Shown here piece after piece: positions 43,445-54,735 of a stretch of 64,000 nucleotides of DNA. The DNA is from Mayamaea pseudoterrestris (Eukaryota). The stretch lies in assembly GCA_027923505.1 (NCBI GenBank), contig BROI01000011.1, positions 930,001 through 994,000 on the forward strand, written 5' to 3'. The first letter of the stretch is position 1, and each line of letters opens with the position of its first letter. The translations under genes and the position numbers were made by a program. The notes under the pieces were generated by a model that did not search any database, was not told where the DNA came from, and worked only from the letters and a program-made list of their open reading frames with translations.

Positions 43445-44401
43445 CTAATCCTGAAACACCTTGGCGGCAGCCACAACCGACGCACACGAGCAGATAGCGG
43501 CACCAGCCGCGCATAGCCATTTTTGCGTTCGCGCTCCATAAACTCCTGGCTTTAGTATCGCCTCCTTGGTCGTCTCAGAAACGCGCTGATTCATACCCGC
43601 CGAGCATGCCAACAAGGCCCAGGCAATCACGCCGCCATAAACGGGCGCTGTTCGACTCAGTGTGATAAAGACACCAAGCGCCGTCGCTCCAATCGCACTC
43701 AAATGACCCGTCCATGCAATCACCTTTGGATCATCCGATATAGTTGCCACGTTTCCATTCAAATTAACCAATGTCGCCGCCGTCGCCCAAGCAAAGTGCA
43801 TTGAAATGGGCAAAAAGTGAATGCAGTAGGTAAATGCGTCAGTCTTGGCATACACAAAGGCCCGATGCGCTCGATTCAAGCAGTATGCTACACCGGACAG
43901 CATGGCGCTGGAAACAAACATGGATCTTCCAGTGTAGCTTGGACGAAAGGATGCACACCAAAGAGCTTGGAAAATTTGCGAACCAATAAAGCCGCCAGAC
44001 ATTTCCTTGATAATTGGAGCAACACTCATTGATTCCTTGACAAAGAGAGCAGTTGAGGTACACATGGCAAGCTCTCCCGAAAAGATTGGACCCCAAATGG
44101 CAAACGCCCAGCCCTGCGGCATGAACAAGGTGCGTCCGCGCTTGCCCGTGCGAAAGGCTTCCACCGCCTTGGACGTTGTCACGTCCTGCTCCTGCTCGAT
44201 GCCATCAATGCGTCCAGACTGCGACGTCGCTAATGTGTTGAGCATGTAGAACAAAAGATTCATAATCTGGACTCCCAAAAAGGGAATGGCACTGCCAATG
44301 ATCGCTTGCTCCAAAATTGGAACAATGGTCAAGGTCAAGGCGCCAGTGGTGCCCACAAAGGGCGGTGTATTGATGGAGGCGAGGGCGTTACTGATCGTCA
44401 T
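43445..44401 (-). CDS. Polytopic membrane protein, TspO-like/uncharacterised
   Basis: About 7-8 hydrophobic segments; PQGWAFAIWGPIF and ISMHFAWATAATLVN motifs. Confidence 0.55.
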   Translation of the reverse strand: MTISNALASINTPPFVGTTGALTLTIVPILEQAIIGSAIPFLGVQIMNLLFYMLNTLATSQSGRIDGIEQEQDVTTSKAVEAFRTGKRGRTLFMPQGWAFAIWGPIFSGELAMCTSTALFVKESMSVAPIIKEMSGGFIGSQIFQALWCASFRPSYTGRSMFVSSAMLSGVAYCLNRAHRAFVYAKTDAFTYCIHFLPISMHFAWATAATLVNLNGNVATISDDPKVIAWTGHLSAIGATALGVFITLSRTAPVYGGVIAWALLACSAGMNQRVSETTKEAILKPGVYGARTQKWLCAAGAAICSCASVVAAAKVFQD

Positions 44402-44821
44402 GCTTCTTCTCCGCTGTTAGTAAACAAAGCCTTGCGTTTAAGAAGGTTGAAAGCTTGAAATGATGGTTGCTCTCTCCTCGCACCGTCTTGGATCTTTGGG
44501 ATGACGAGTGACGAGATTGTGGAGCGAAGCACGGTCGAGGAAGATCGTCGAAGTCCGGAATGGTTGTCGCACTGGCTTTTCGATCTTTGCACGATGGGAA
44601 AGCCAGTTTACGTAGCGGTATTCATTACCGGAACGAGTACTCACACTGGTTCTGAAAAGTCAACAGCTGAGCCGACCAATCAGAGCTGTTCCTATTTTCT
44701 CCAGCTGGGAGAAGAGGCATTTTGACTGGGACCCTGTGAAACCTGTCAAAACGCAAGTTCATTCTCTTGAGTCATCTGTTGCCTGAAGCAACAGCTTCAA
44801 ATCGCTCGTCCTTCTCATAGC

Positions 44822-45719
44822 ATGAGCTTTAACACCCCGTCTCCGATGTCGCCAGCGGATCTACACCCCCGGCGGCCTTAGAGGCCGCTTCTACAAGCCC
44901 TTCTATTTCGGCGGAAAAAGATTCTCCTGCAGCAGGCAACTTTAAAAACTATTATGCACCCCCTTCTCGCCGGGTCATAAATGCTTCTCCAGCCAAGACT
45001 ACCGGCAAGAAATTGCGATCGGAGTTCGAACCCTTGAATCCCAAGAGAAGCTTCGTTCCTTTGAAAAGCACGGATTCTGCTACACGGCAGATGGACGAAT
45101 ATCTTTCCAAATTTGAAGCTAAACGCAGTATTTCAAAACTCTCCAAAGCCCTTAAAACGATTGGATTGGTTGACGACAGTTCGCAGGGGGATCAGGACGA
45201 TGACAACCGCTTCAGCTTGATTGGAGCGGACGAGTTTAGCGACGAATCCATCAAAAGCTTTCGTCGTCCATATGGAACCGGCATTCCTCTGACGAAGCAG
45301 CAGGCTGAGTTAGGGAGGAAGGAGCGCATGGAAAAGGACATTGCTCTCAAAAAAACTCGTGCTGTTAGTGCCCAACTCTACAAGAAGAAGATGGAAGAGG
45401 ATTATGCGCGCGAAGGTTACATTCGTGAGCGTAAATACCAATTAGACCAGTTGGCTGCAAAGAGCGCAACGGAAGCCAAGTGGAACAAGCAAACACCACA
45501 CCAGCGAATTCTTGACATGGTCGATGATTCGGACGAACATCCGGAAAAAACAAGTATGCGCAACATTTATAAAGTAAAGGCAGCCATCGAAGCGGGGCAG
45601 AAGGTGGATGCGACTGAAGTGCAGTCAGATGCATCCGAGTAAAGGCAGCCATTGAACCGGAGCACAAGGTTGATGCGACTGAAGTGCAGTCAGAAGATGC
45701 ATTCGAAGACGGAGGATAG
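44822..45719 (+). pseudogene. Frameshifted gene for a hydrophilic coiled-coil protein (pseudogene or two assembly indels)
   Basis: ATG 44822 frame stops at 44881, while a shifted frame is open through 45642. A second shift lies at about 45638 inside a tandem repeat. Adding 2 nt gives a 900-nt ORF. Confidence 0.55.
45574..45707 (+). repeat. Imperfect tandem duplication, period 65 nt
   Basis: gtaaaggcagccat(c/t)gaa...gatgcgactgaagtgcagtcaga starts at 45574 and again at 45639. Confidence 0.9.
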
Positions 45720-46096
45720 ATACTTACCGTACAAATCCTGTGAGGACAATTTGAAGGAATTTTGCTTGTTAGAATCGAAGTGAGACAGTTACGATTAGTC
45801 GTTGAGGCATTGCAGGCGTGCGAATGGACGTAGTTATTAGCTGTAATTGTGTACATAAGGAAAAACGTTTACGCCATTGCTGTTTAGTACAATTGAGTAA
45901 TGGTCTCTGCCCTCGTACTTTCTCAATGAGCTCTAAAGGTCAAGAGGCATTCAACAACCAACCCATAGATAGCAAGCAGCATTCTCAGCGTGAGTAATGA
46001 CACGCCAGACCTACGAGCCTCGAGTCTTTCAAAATCAGTTTATTTATTATTAAACAAGGAGAACACAACAGATATTAACAGTTACGTAATTGTAGT

Positions 46097-47638
46097 CTAA
46101 TCCTCAAACACAAACTCTTGCAGGATAGCTTCAGCTGGGCTCAGCTCCGGAGCTCCCTCCATTGCCAAGGAGAGGCGCTGATACAATACATCCTCCACCA
46201 AAAACATCGTATCCATGGGTGGATTGTCTCCAAAGACGGCTCGCATATTATGATTGGTTACATGGTGAGGCCCCAGCGGTGATTTGGCGACATCTTGCTG
46301 CATGTGATTTAACAAGTGGTCTACAACTGTCACGCACTCCTCCCGCTTGCGCACCGCCAGCCACACTTCACGACTAGCTTCATCTTGTGGATTTGGCTCG
46401 GCGGTTCGTCGAATACCTCTCGCATTGGGGTGATAGACACCCACGACAATGTCTTGAACGGGGCACAGCGTCATCAAATCCTGAACGATCAAGTGAATCA
46501 ACAGCATTCCCGGCGATGCTCGATGCGGAATTAGCTTTTTCAAGTGTCGGTTGTCACATACTCGATAGCGACCACGAAACTGCCAAAGAGGTTGCTGGTC
46601 TGGTTTAGAGTGGTTAATCGGAACGCCGAGCGGAGGACCGCGAGCACCGTTCCACCAATTGGAAGGAAACCGCACCAATTGGCCGACCAATGACTGCCAG
46701 CATTGTCCAGCGTTAAGCGCGTGGCGAAACGCAGGGTCTTGCATTAGCATGTCGTAGTCTGAGCTGAGTGGCGATGACACATTAAATAGCTCCTTTCCGA
46801 ACGATGTTTTCGGTGGGGTAAATGGCGTACGAAAACGAGGATTTTGTGCAGGAGGCGAAGAGCGGATGACCGCAGCAGGAGTAACTTGACACGCAGCGGG
46901 AAGATTGTTCATCTTTGTCGTTTCCTCAAGTTCCATAACAGCGTCATCATCAAGAAGTCCCTCGTTCGTTTCAAACTCATCATCCCCAATGTCAATCGTG
47001 TCGCCTTTTAGCTCGTCTTCATCATCCACTTCATCCTCTGGGCCCTCGTCATCGGAAACATTCTTGGCAGCCATGGACCAAGCGGGCGAGAAGACGCCCA
47101 CGTCGTCAAGAGTAGACTTTCTTTGCATGTCGGCCCATTCAGTATCATCCAGAAACGAAAAGGACGAGTCAAGGTCGTCGCGGGGAGGAGGCGGCGGAGG
47201 AGGAGGGGCAAAGCGATCACTCCTTTCGGGTGTGGTGAACAAGCTCATGTCATCGTCCGTCATATCTGGAAACAATTCGGACGATTGGGATTGATAGACT
47301 CGGAGCGGCGTTTGCACTGCATGCCTTGGGACAATTTTTGACGGTGTGACTCGAATTGCTTTCTTTGCTTCTTTCCTCCTCGTTCCCTTTCGCTTCTCCA
47401 CCGTTGGACTCCAGGATGTGTCCATGCGCTCATCCGAGGAAGAGTCGATTTGAAGGTCTCCATCGGGGTCGAGCTTAGAGTAGTACGCTAAATCAAAGTC
47501 GTCCTGTTTCTTAATCTGCTGCCGCAAAATTTCTGCACCTCGGAATATAAAGCCATCCTCCTCCCGACGAGAGCGAGCGCGCTGCAACGACGAGGAGCGA
47601 TGGTGACGGGAAGTTCCTTGCTTTTTGAGAAACGGCAT
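46097..47638 (-). CDS. Uncharacterised protein: acidic/Pro-rich disordered N-half, globular-looking C-terminal domain
   Basis: Long ORF, start MPFLKKQG; C-terminal region HALNAGQCWQSLVGQLVRFPSNWW...DIVVGVYHPNARGIR. Confidence 0.8.
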   Translation of the reverse strand: MPFLKKQGTSRHHRSSSLQRARSRREEDGFIFRGAEILRQQIKKQDDFDLAYYSKLDPDGDLQIDSSSDERMDTSWSPTVEKRKGTRRKEAKKAIRVTPSKIVPRHAVQTPLRVYQSQSSELFPDMTDDDMSLFTTPERSDRFAPPPPPPPPRDDLDSSFSFLDDTEWADMQRKSTLDDVGVFSPAWSMAAKNVSDDEGPEDEVDDEDELKGDTIDIGDDEFETNEGLLDDDAVMELEETTKMNNLPAACQVTPAAVIRSSPPAQNPRFRTPFTPPKTSFGKELFNVSSPLSSDYDMLMQDPAFRHALNAGQCWQSLVGQLVRFPSNWWNGARGPPLGVPINHSKPDQQPLWQFRGRYRVCDNRHLKKLIPHRASPGMLLIHLIVQDLMTLCPVQDIVVGVYHPNARGIRRTAEPNPQDEASREVWLAVRKREECVTVVDHLLNHMQQDVAKSPLGPHHVTNHNMRAVFGDNPPMDTMFLVEDVLYQRLSLAMEGAPELSPAEAILQEFVFED

Positions 47639-48192
47639 GACTGTTTGCTGGCAGCAGTAGCAGTGCTGATAAATATCAAATCGGAAATGGATAAATGAAA
47701 CGTTGGGTGTGTCGTTTGTGGCGCGTCGTTCAACCAAAGTCCTGTCAAATAACTTTTAAAACCAGCAAGTCCGAGCTGCTCACTCGTTAGCTTGCTCGCA
47801 ATGTATGTGCGTTTGCTTCCTGCCAGCACCTCACCCGAAAGCTCAACTCGTCGCAGGATCAGCGAGGGAGCAAGTTTCGTGTGGAAACTTCTCCGCAAAG
47901 TTTGTTCCGAGCAAGGCGCGAAACATGGTGCTCCTCACGATTCGCAACCTCATTTTACGAGCCGGTCGAGCCCCAAAATTTTTGCGTTGAGCGCGCCGGA
48001 TCAGCTCAACGGCAAGCTTATTTAATGTTGTTAACGTGTCACGCACGGTTACTTAAAAATAGCCTGTCACGCTTGCAAAAGACGCAGCGGTACTGTCACG
48101 TTTGACGACTTCAACATGCGTCGCCCCATTTCTTGGCTAAGGCCACAGCCAACCACATCACCATCATTGTTCATTAACAAAGCGCAAAAGGT

Positions 48193-49038
48193 ATGGCTGT
48201 CCGCACGCCCTTTATCATTGGCGTGTTACTCGCCATTACAGTTGGTATTTTGCAGAAGCAGTTCTTTTCCGGATCGGCACCTCCGCTCGATTTCGGCTCT
48301 GGCTCCATGTTTGATCTCATTGCCGATCGATACGACTTTATCAATCGCGTTCTTGCACTCGGCATGGACGTGGCATGGCGCAAGCAAATGGTCCAATCCA
48401 TTCGAGAAAGTGTTGTCAACGTGGAACGTGCTCGCATACTGGATGTTGCCACTGGAACGGCAGACGTTGCAATCCTCTTGTCGCAAACCATGCCGACTGC
48501 GTCAATCACTGGAGTTGATCCATCGGACCGCATGCTTGGACAAGGTCGAAGGAAGATCCACCGACGCGGTCTTGACGAAAAGATCGTTTTGCAGCAAGAG
48601 GATGCTCAACAATTTGCCAGTCTCGAGAGTGACTCGTTTGATGCGGCTACCATGGCCTTTGGCATTCGCAACGTGCCTGATCGCAGCAAGGCACTGTGTC
48701 AGATTCATCGCGTGCTGAAAGAAAATAGCAGGTTTTGTATATTGGAATTCTCCGAGCCGGACGAGTCTTTCGGTACCATGGGAGCGATTGCGAGGTTCTT
48801 TATACGAAACGTGATACCATTCGTCGGCGGAATCCTTAGCGGCGCTCCAAAGGAATATTGGCATTTGCAAAACTCCATTAAGAACTTTCCTTCACCTAGC
48901 GAGTTCGCAACTTTAATCCAGGAAACTAGATGCGATGGTGGATCGTTCGCAGTGACGGACATTGTTCAAATAAACTACGGCTCGGTGCAACTATACGTGA
49001 TGCAAACAAACAAGACGGATACTGAGCAGTCAACATGA
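48193..49038 (+). CDS. ubiE: UbiE/MenG/COQ5-family quinone C-methyltransferase with N-terminal hydrophobic anchor
   Basis: MFDLIADRYDFINRVLALG, ILDVATGTAD (SAM motif I), MAFGIRNV, ILEFS. Confidence 0.88.
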   Translation: MAVRTPFIIGVLLAITVGILQKQFFSGSAPPLDFGSGSMFDLIADRYDFINRVLALGMDVAWRKQMVQSIRESVVNVERARILDVATGTADVAILLSQTMPTASITGVDPSDRMLGQGRRKIHRRGLDEKIVLQQEDAQQFASLESDSFDAATMAFGIRNVPDRSKALCQIHRVLKENSRFCILEFSEPDESFGTMGAIARFFIRNVIPFVGGILSGAPKEYWHLQNSIKNFPSPSEFATLIQETRCDGGSFAVTDIVQINYGSVQLYVMQTNKTDTEQST

Positions 49039-49055
49039 AATAAACAACGGCATGT

Positions 49056-51287
49056 TTAGTCAATTAAGTTACTTTGAACGCCCAAGTGCGCTGCTGGATG
49101 CTTTGCCAGACGATCAGGAACCTGGTTCCCCGTGCTTTCTAAATACTTTCGAAGCGGCGCCATAATTCCTTGGTCTGCCTCCGTAATAAACGATGTAGCC
49201 AAACCAGTTTTTCCAGCTCGTCCCGTACGACCAATTCTATGCGTGTAATTCTGTGTGTATAGTCAGGTAAGAAGTTTTGTCAGAACGAAGCAGAACGCAA
49301 TATCAGAATATTCAAACGCACTTAAAGACACTGACCTCAATCGACCGAGTCGGCAGGTCGTAGTTGATGACATGAGCAACGTCAGGGATATCAAGACCTC
49401 GTCCGGCTACATCGGTGGCAACCATGACGATACCGCCTCGACGAAACCTCTCCAAATTCTCCTCACGCTCCTCCTGCGACTTGCCACCGTGTAGCACGAC
49501 ACACTGGCGACCCGCTCGCTCGACGATTCGACCAACACCGTCCGCATGCTTCTTTTCGTTTACAAAAACGAGAATTTTGTCGCGTAAGAAGCGAGGATCG
49601 CAAATTAAATCCGTCAGTGCCTTTTCTTTTTGAGCTGGAGACGACAAAAAGACAATCTTTTGCGTAATTCGAGCATTCTTGCCGCTGTCGCGATCACCAA
49701 CACTGATAATGGCTGGGTGTCGCAAGTATTGCTTGGCAATCTTTTCGACTTCCAGTGGCATAGTCGCGCTAAACATTGCTGTCACGCGATGGCGCGCTAC
49801 TGACTTGTTTTGCAGGTCTTCTATCTCTTGTCGATACGTCTCCTTTTCATCTTCGGACTTTAGAACACCCCCAATGGCATCTAAAATACCGCGAATCTGA
49901 GGCTCAAAACCCTGCAAGAAGTAATAAATTATATGAGCGACAAGGGTGAACTAAAAAAGCATACAAAGGCAACGTTCTCTAGCAAACTACACACCATGTC
50001 AACCATTCTGTCACTCTCGTCCAGGCAGACATATGAACACTGATTCAAAACCAGATAAGCCATTTCCAAACAATCAAGAATGCGTCCCGGTGTTCCAACG
50101 AGTACATGTCGCCCTTCCCTCAGCACAACTGCCTGCTGCTGAATTGGCTGACCACCAACAATGCAACACGTCTTGACCAAATCTTGCCGCGACAAGAGTC
50201 TTCCAATCTCCACGTCAATCTGAATGGCAAGCTCGCGCGTCGGCGCCAAGACAACTGCCAGCGGTCCGCTCTGATGCACATTTTTCAAAACGTCCATGGG
50301 CAAATTCAAAATGTAGTGACAAAGCGGAACTCCAAAGGCCAATGTTTTGCCGCTACCAGTTTCCGCAATACCAATCAAGTCTCTTCGCTGCAATCCAATA
50401 GGAATGGCTTGTCGCTGAATTGGCGATGGTTCCTTGAAGCGCAATTCATATTCAATCGCATCGAGCAAGGCTGGATGCAAGTCTGGAATGTCATTTGGTG
50501 CCGGATTCTCACGAAAGCTTCGAAGCGGCGGTGGACATTTGCCTCCCTTGACGTTAATTTCGTAGTTTTCGCGAACAATTCTCCAGTCTCGAGGCGTCAT
50601 CTTGTGGAGAGGCTTGACTTGGACGGATGCAATGGTTGTAACAATGTCCTCCTGCTTCTTGTGCGCAGGTTTCTTCTGGTTTGCAACTGTTGCCATGCCC
50701 GAGTAGAGTAAGTCATCTTGCTGATAGGTGTCATCCGTATCGTCCCACTGGAACTTAAAGGTCTGCTTTTTGGAAAAAGTCTTTTTCTTCTTTGGTTCTT
50801 CAGGGACGTCCGAATCAACGGCAGATTTTCCCAAGTAGGTCTCCCGAATTCGCGCCATTTCCTTTTCTGAGAATGCTGATGAAACTTCATTTTGCTTCTG
50901 TTGGATTGGTGCACTTTGTGATTTAAGAGCTGCATTGGAAGCAGCAGGTAAATTGGATGAAACATCAACTGATTCTGGTTGATCCGGCACCACTAAACCT
51001 CGCTTGCGCTTGGGAATATAGACAACTCCATCCGCGGTCGATTGCTTGTTGGAACCATTGTCAGGATGGTTTAACATGGCTGCAGCAGTTGCTTTATCGA
51101 GTCGACGTCGTTCCTCTTCCTTGCGGCGAAACGCTTGTTCCATGGCGCGTTGCTCGGCTCGTTCCTCGGCGCGCTGAGCAGCTGCAGCTGCTTGCAACGC
51201 CTCCTGCTTTTGCTCATCAGTAAGCCCTTTCAGCAAAGCAGGATCAATAAGGAATGACGATGAATCTGACATTGATGATCCGTTCAT
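49056..51287 (-). CDS. PRP28: Spliceosomal DEAD-box helicase Prp28/DDX23, 3 exons (51287-49995, 49911-49336, 49250-49056)
   Basis: [73 protein letters not shown] lies in exon 3, which the ORF track misses. Confidence 0.93.
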
Positions 51288-51522
51288 AAAGCGGCGCCGT
51301 GGCGTTGTCGACGTGATCGCGCATGGATGGTCGTCATGGTCGATTTCGCAATGGATCGACCGAATGTCGCAGTAAGAATGAAAAGACACCAGCTATGGCA
51401 ATGGTAATAGGCTCCGTTTGATCATGCAACTACCTTTTCTTTCTTTACAAAAGCCAAGTCAAGTACCGCCCTAGTATGCTACGTAACAAAGGATCTTATG
51501 AATGTTAACTTCCGCGCCATTT

Positions 51523-53457
51523 TCAGCAAGCAATTCCAAGACCTAAGAGATACTCCCGCAAACCTTCCAACGCGTGATCGCCTTCGCTACAGTACATGGC
51601 TACAACCACCTGCGTTAGTAGCTCAGCCACGGCTAAATCCCATTCATTGTTTTCGCGGGCAACATGCAACAAGGTAGCAACGTCGGCTGCAAACTGTGGT
51701 ATCTCACTTGACATGTGAAAGAGCGTATCAACCAAGCGCTTGCGTTCGGCAAAGGTCAAGGGAATCGCCGGGTAATGAAACAAAAGTTTTTCATCACCAT
51801 CCAGCTGACCAACGGTACGGTAATGCTCGGGACGGAGAGTGACTGAGTTTACAAAAACTGTCGGCAAAGTCGGCGCGGCGCTACCACGAGGGAGTTCAGT
51901 GCCCGAATAGGACCGCTTAACACCTACGCGTCCCTGAGCTGCATCGACTCCCAACATGGTTTCCTCACTCTGATTGGACAGAGACGACTGAGGCGAGTTG
52001 AAAAAGCTTGTCGTGGAAACCCGGGACTCTGGAGAAACTTGGACCGGCAAAAGTTGCGGCGCGTGAACCGGCGCCTCCTGCGTACTGTGCGTCAGCTGAC
52101 CGCTTTGGGAAAGGTGGTCGAGCCGAAGACTGCCATGATCAGATTCGTACGAAACAAAGTTGTTCATTTTGGTCAAAGGCGCCGTAATTTGACCTGGCTC
52201 TGCGGCAGTATATGCGTTGACGGCGGGGTATACCATGACACCAATGCTTCTATGCATGCATTGGCGGTAAGGACAATTATGGCTTTGCTTTGGTTGCCCG
52301 CATAGCTTGCAGCGGTACTTTAGCTTTGGGAACTCATTGTGAAACTCACTTGTCGGGCTGCTTTCCGAGCTACTCGTCGGCTCCTCAATGGTAGCGCTTG
52401 AGCGTCTCAGAGCTTTAGCTGGCAATTCCACGCCATCTGCGCGCAATGGCGGTGGTCCTTCGTTCGTCTCGTTCTCGACAAAAATTGGAGGATCTTCTTC
52501 CATATCCCAGGAAATGACAGACCCAGAGACATGATAGCGCTTATGCATTTGACGCTCGTATGCGAATCGGCGGGAACTTGTCTTCATACGAAAAATTGAC
52601 AACCGATGATCGACTCTCGGAGCTGCTGTGATTGTGCCTCCAAATGCAATGACTGCTGTTTCGACGCGACGACTCGCTAGTTTCAAATCAGATGACGACG
52701 GTGCAGTCTGTGAAGTAGTTAAAAAAGAAAGTTAGAGAAAATGCTGTGCCGTGCAGTGCAAAGCCAAACAATCCGACTGCTCACCGATGACTGATACTGC
52801 CGAACATGGCCGTGACCACTAATGTTTACCGGGCACACTTCAAGTTCATCCTCTCGAGGAGCGTTAAGCAAGTAACAACAGTTCTTAAAAGCATCTCGCG
52901 CACTCCGGAGGACATAAAATGGATTTGATACCAAGCCTGACGCAAGATCCGGTGAGTTGAAACCGGTAGCCCACTGGCGTCCAGTGGTTCGGTGCTCGTT
53001 ATTGTCCTGGCACGAGCCGCGATTCAACTGGATTGGTGAGATATCTCCGCCCAGAGAGTAATCTGAGTCGTCGAGATCGTGTTTTAATTCCGGCAAGCCA
53101 AAGTCTTGCCCTGAATCGTGCTTGAGGCTTCTTTCACGCGACGGCGACATGAATGAGAAAGGATCGTTCGCGCTCGTAAGCGTTTCGAAAGAAGTTGCAT
53201 TAAACAGATTAAAAGATGGATCATCATGCGTCTGACTACCAGTAGACTCCAAGCCTCCCTATGATGAGCAAGTAGATGCGAAGAAGTCTGAGTGACGCGC
53301 ATCATATTTATGTCAGACGCAACTATCAACTTACCAAAGATGATGCCAGATTCAATCTCGTCGCCTCAAGAACTGGGATTTCGTGCCCAGCATCCCTGTT
53401 CGTCTTGACGGCAGCGCGAACGGCGATAGAAGCAACCGACTCGTATTGCTGGTTCAT
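51523..53457 (-). CDS. Second zinc-knuckle/LGIAC-family protein, 3 exons (53457-53335, 53258-52785, 52707-51523)
   Basis: Two phase-0 GT-AG introns (76 and 77 nt) join three ORF-track pieces; KYRCKLCGQPKQSHNCPY; ends EYLLGLGIAC. Confidence 0.85.
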
Positions 53458-54054
53458 TGTCCACGTATAGAGCTCACCAGTGCACAGATAACGACGAGTG
53501 TTAATTTGTGCTTCCAAGGTATACACATCCTCTCCAATGCTTGCACTCTTGCCCTTGACTCCGACTTTGGGAGTCACACCGTTGAAAAATGTTAAACCCA
53601 TTCGGGAGAGAGTCGCGCACCAAAGTTGTGAATCGCACCATTGTCGGAGTTGGTTCGGCTGCCAACGCATTTAGCGCGCATCGTCACCACTCTTTACTCG
53701 AGGAAGCAGATGTAATCTTTGTTTCGGATAAAAATTTCGCATAAACATGGCTCGGCAGCCTTAACGTGTACTGTAACTCATCGAGCAGCACATCTTTTTG
53801 AGACAGCATTGGAGTTGCGGAGTGGCGAACAAGGTTAAGGAATGTCGTTAAATGGGGTGTTGAATTTATCAACGCATGACCACGTACTTTTCCGAACCCG
53901 TCTCCGTGCCATAGCGAATGACCCATGTCAGATTAGGCCCTTTGTCGATGGTCATTCGACACGACGTGCCCAAGAGAATCTCTTGGTCACAAACCATTTT
54001 GCGCCTCTTCCACGAAATCACATCGGCTCGTCACCAAGCCCGACAACGCGCACT

Positions 54055-54735
54055 ATGATCTCCTTCGAATCCACTGATGATTCAGCGCGGTCATCCTTTA
54101 GCATTAGTGACAAGAAACGTTGCGTGAGCTTTGCCGAAACTGCTTCAATTCGCATCATTGACAATTTGCAAGCCATGTCGGGCGAAGAGCTGCGAAATAC
54201 CTGGTATCGCAAGAGCGAGTTTGAAGACATCAAGAAGTCGATGATCCCATTGATCAAAGCCTTGATGCGAGGGGACTCAATAGAAGAGACGGACGAAGTG
54301 ACCTATCGTGGCCTCGAGTACAGAACAAGAAAAGGAGCTCTGATGCGACAGCACAACAAGGTGATTTCTATCACGTCCGTTCTCGACGAGCAAGATCGCC
54401 AACGGTGTGTCGGAGACGTCAACAGTGAATGCATTAGGAACGTCTATCTTCAAAACTCGGCACATTGTCTAGTGGCAGCTCGTCAACTTGGTATCGACGA
54501 TGAGGATGCCATTCAAAATTATATGGACATTGACGAGCCAATTGAAGCTCCAATTGACGATTACTCTTCATGCGGCTCAGATGATTCTTCGCTGTCTTCA
54601 AACCCGTCGCAACAAAAGTTTAAAGGTTTCAACAAGATTGTCAAGACTTTCCGTAGACGACAGCAAGCCTTGTACGACGACCTTGCCGGTCTCGTTCTTC
54701 CGACTCATTTCAATGGCATGCCACAAGCCGCATGA
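54055..54735 (+). CDS. Uncharacterised diatom-type protein (VxF...WY...RGLE...VLDEQ family)
   Basis: KKRCVSFAE, TWY, RGLEYRT, VLDEQDRQ; start MISFESTDD. Confidence 0.8.
   Translation: MISFESTDDSARSSFSISDKKRCVSFAETASIRIIDNLQAMSGEELRNTWYRKSEFEDIKKSMIPLIKALMRGDSIEETDEVTYRGLEYRTRKGALMRQHNKVISITSVLDEQDRQRCVGDVNSECIRNVYLQNSAHCLVAARQLGIDDEDAIQNYMDIDEPIEAPIDDYSSCGSDDSSLSSNPSQQKFKGFNKIVKTFRRRQQALYDDLAGLVLPTHFNGMPQAA

Noticed and set aside
44398..44644. Short ORFs upstream of the TspO-like gene that look like a transit peptide
   Set aside because: Out of frame with the gene, and I found no convincing splice that joins them.
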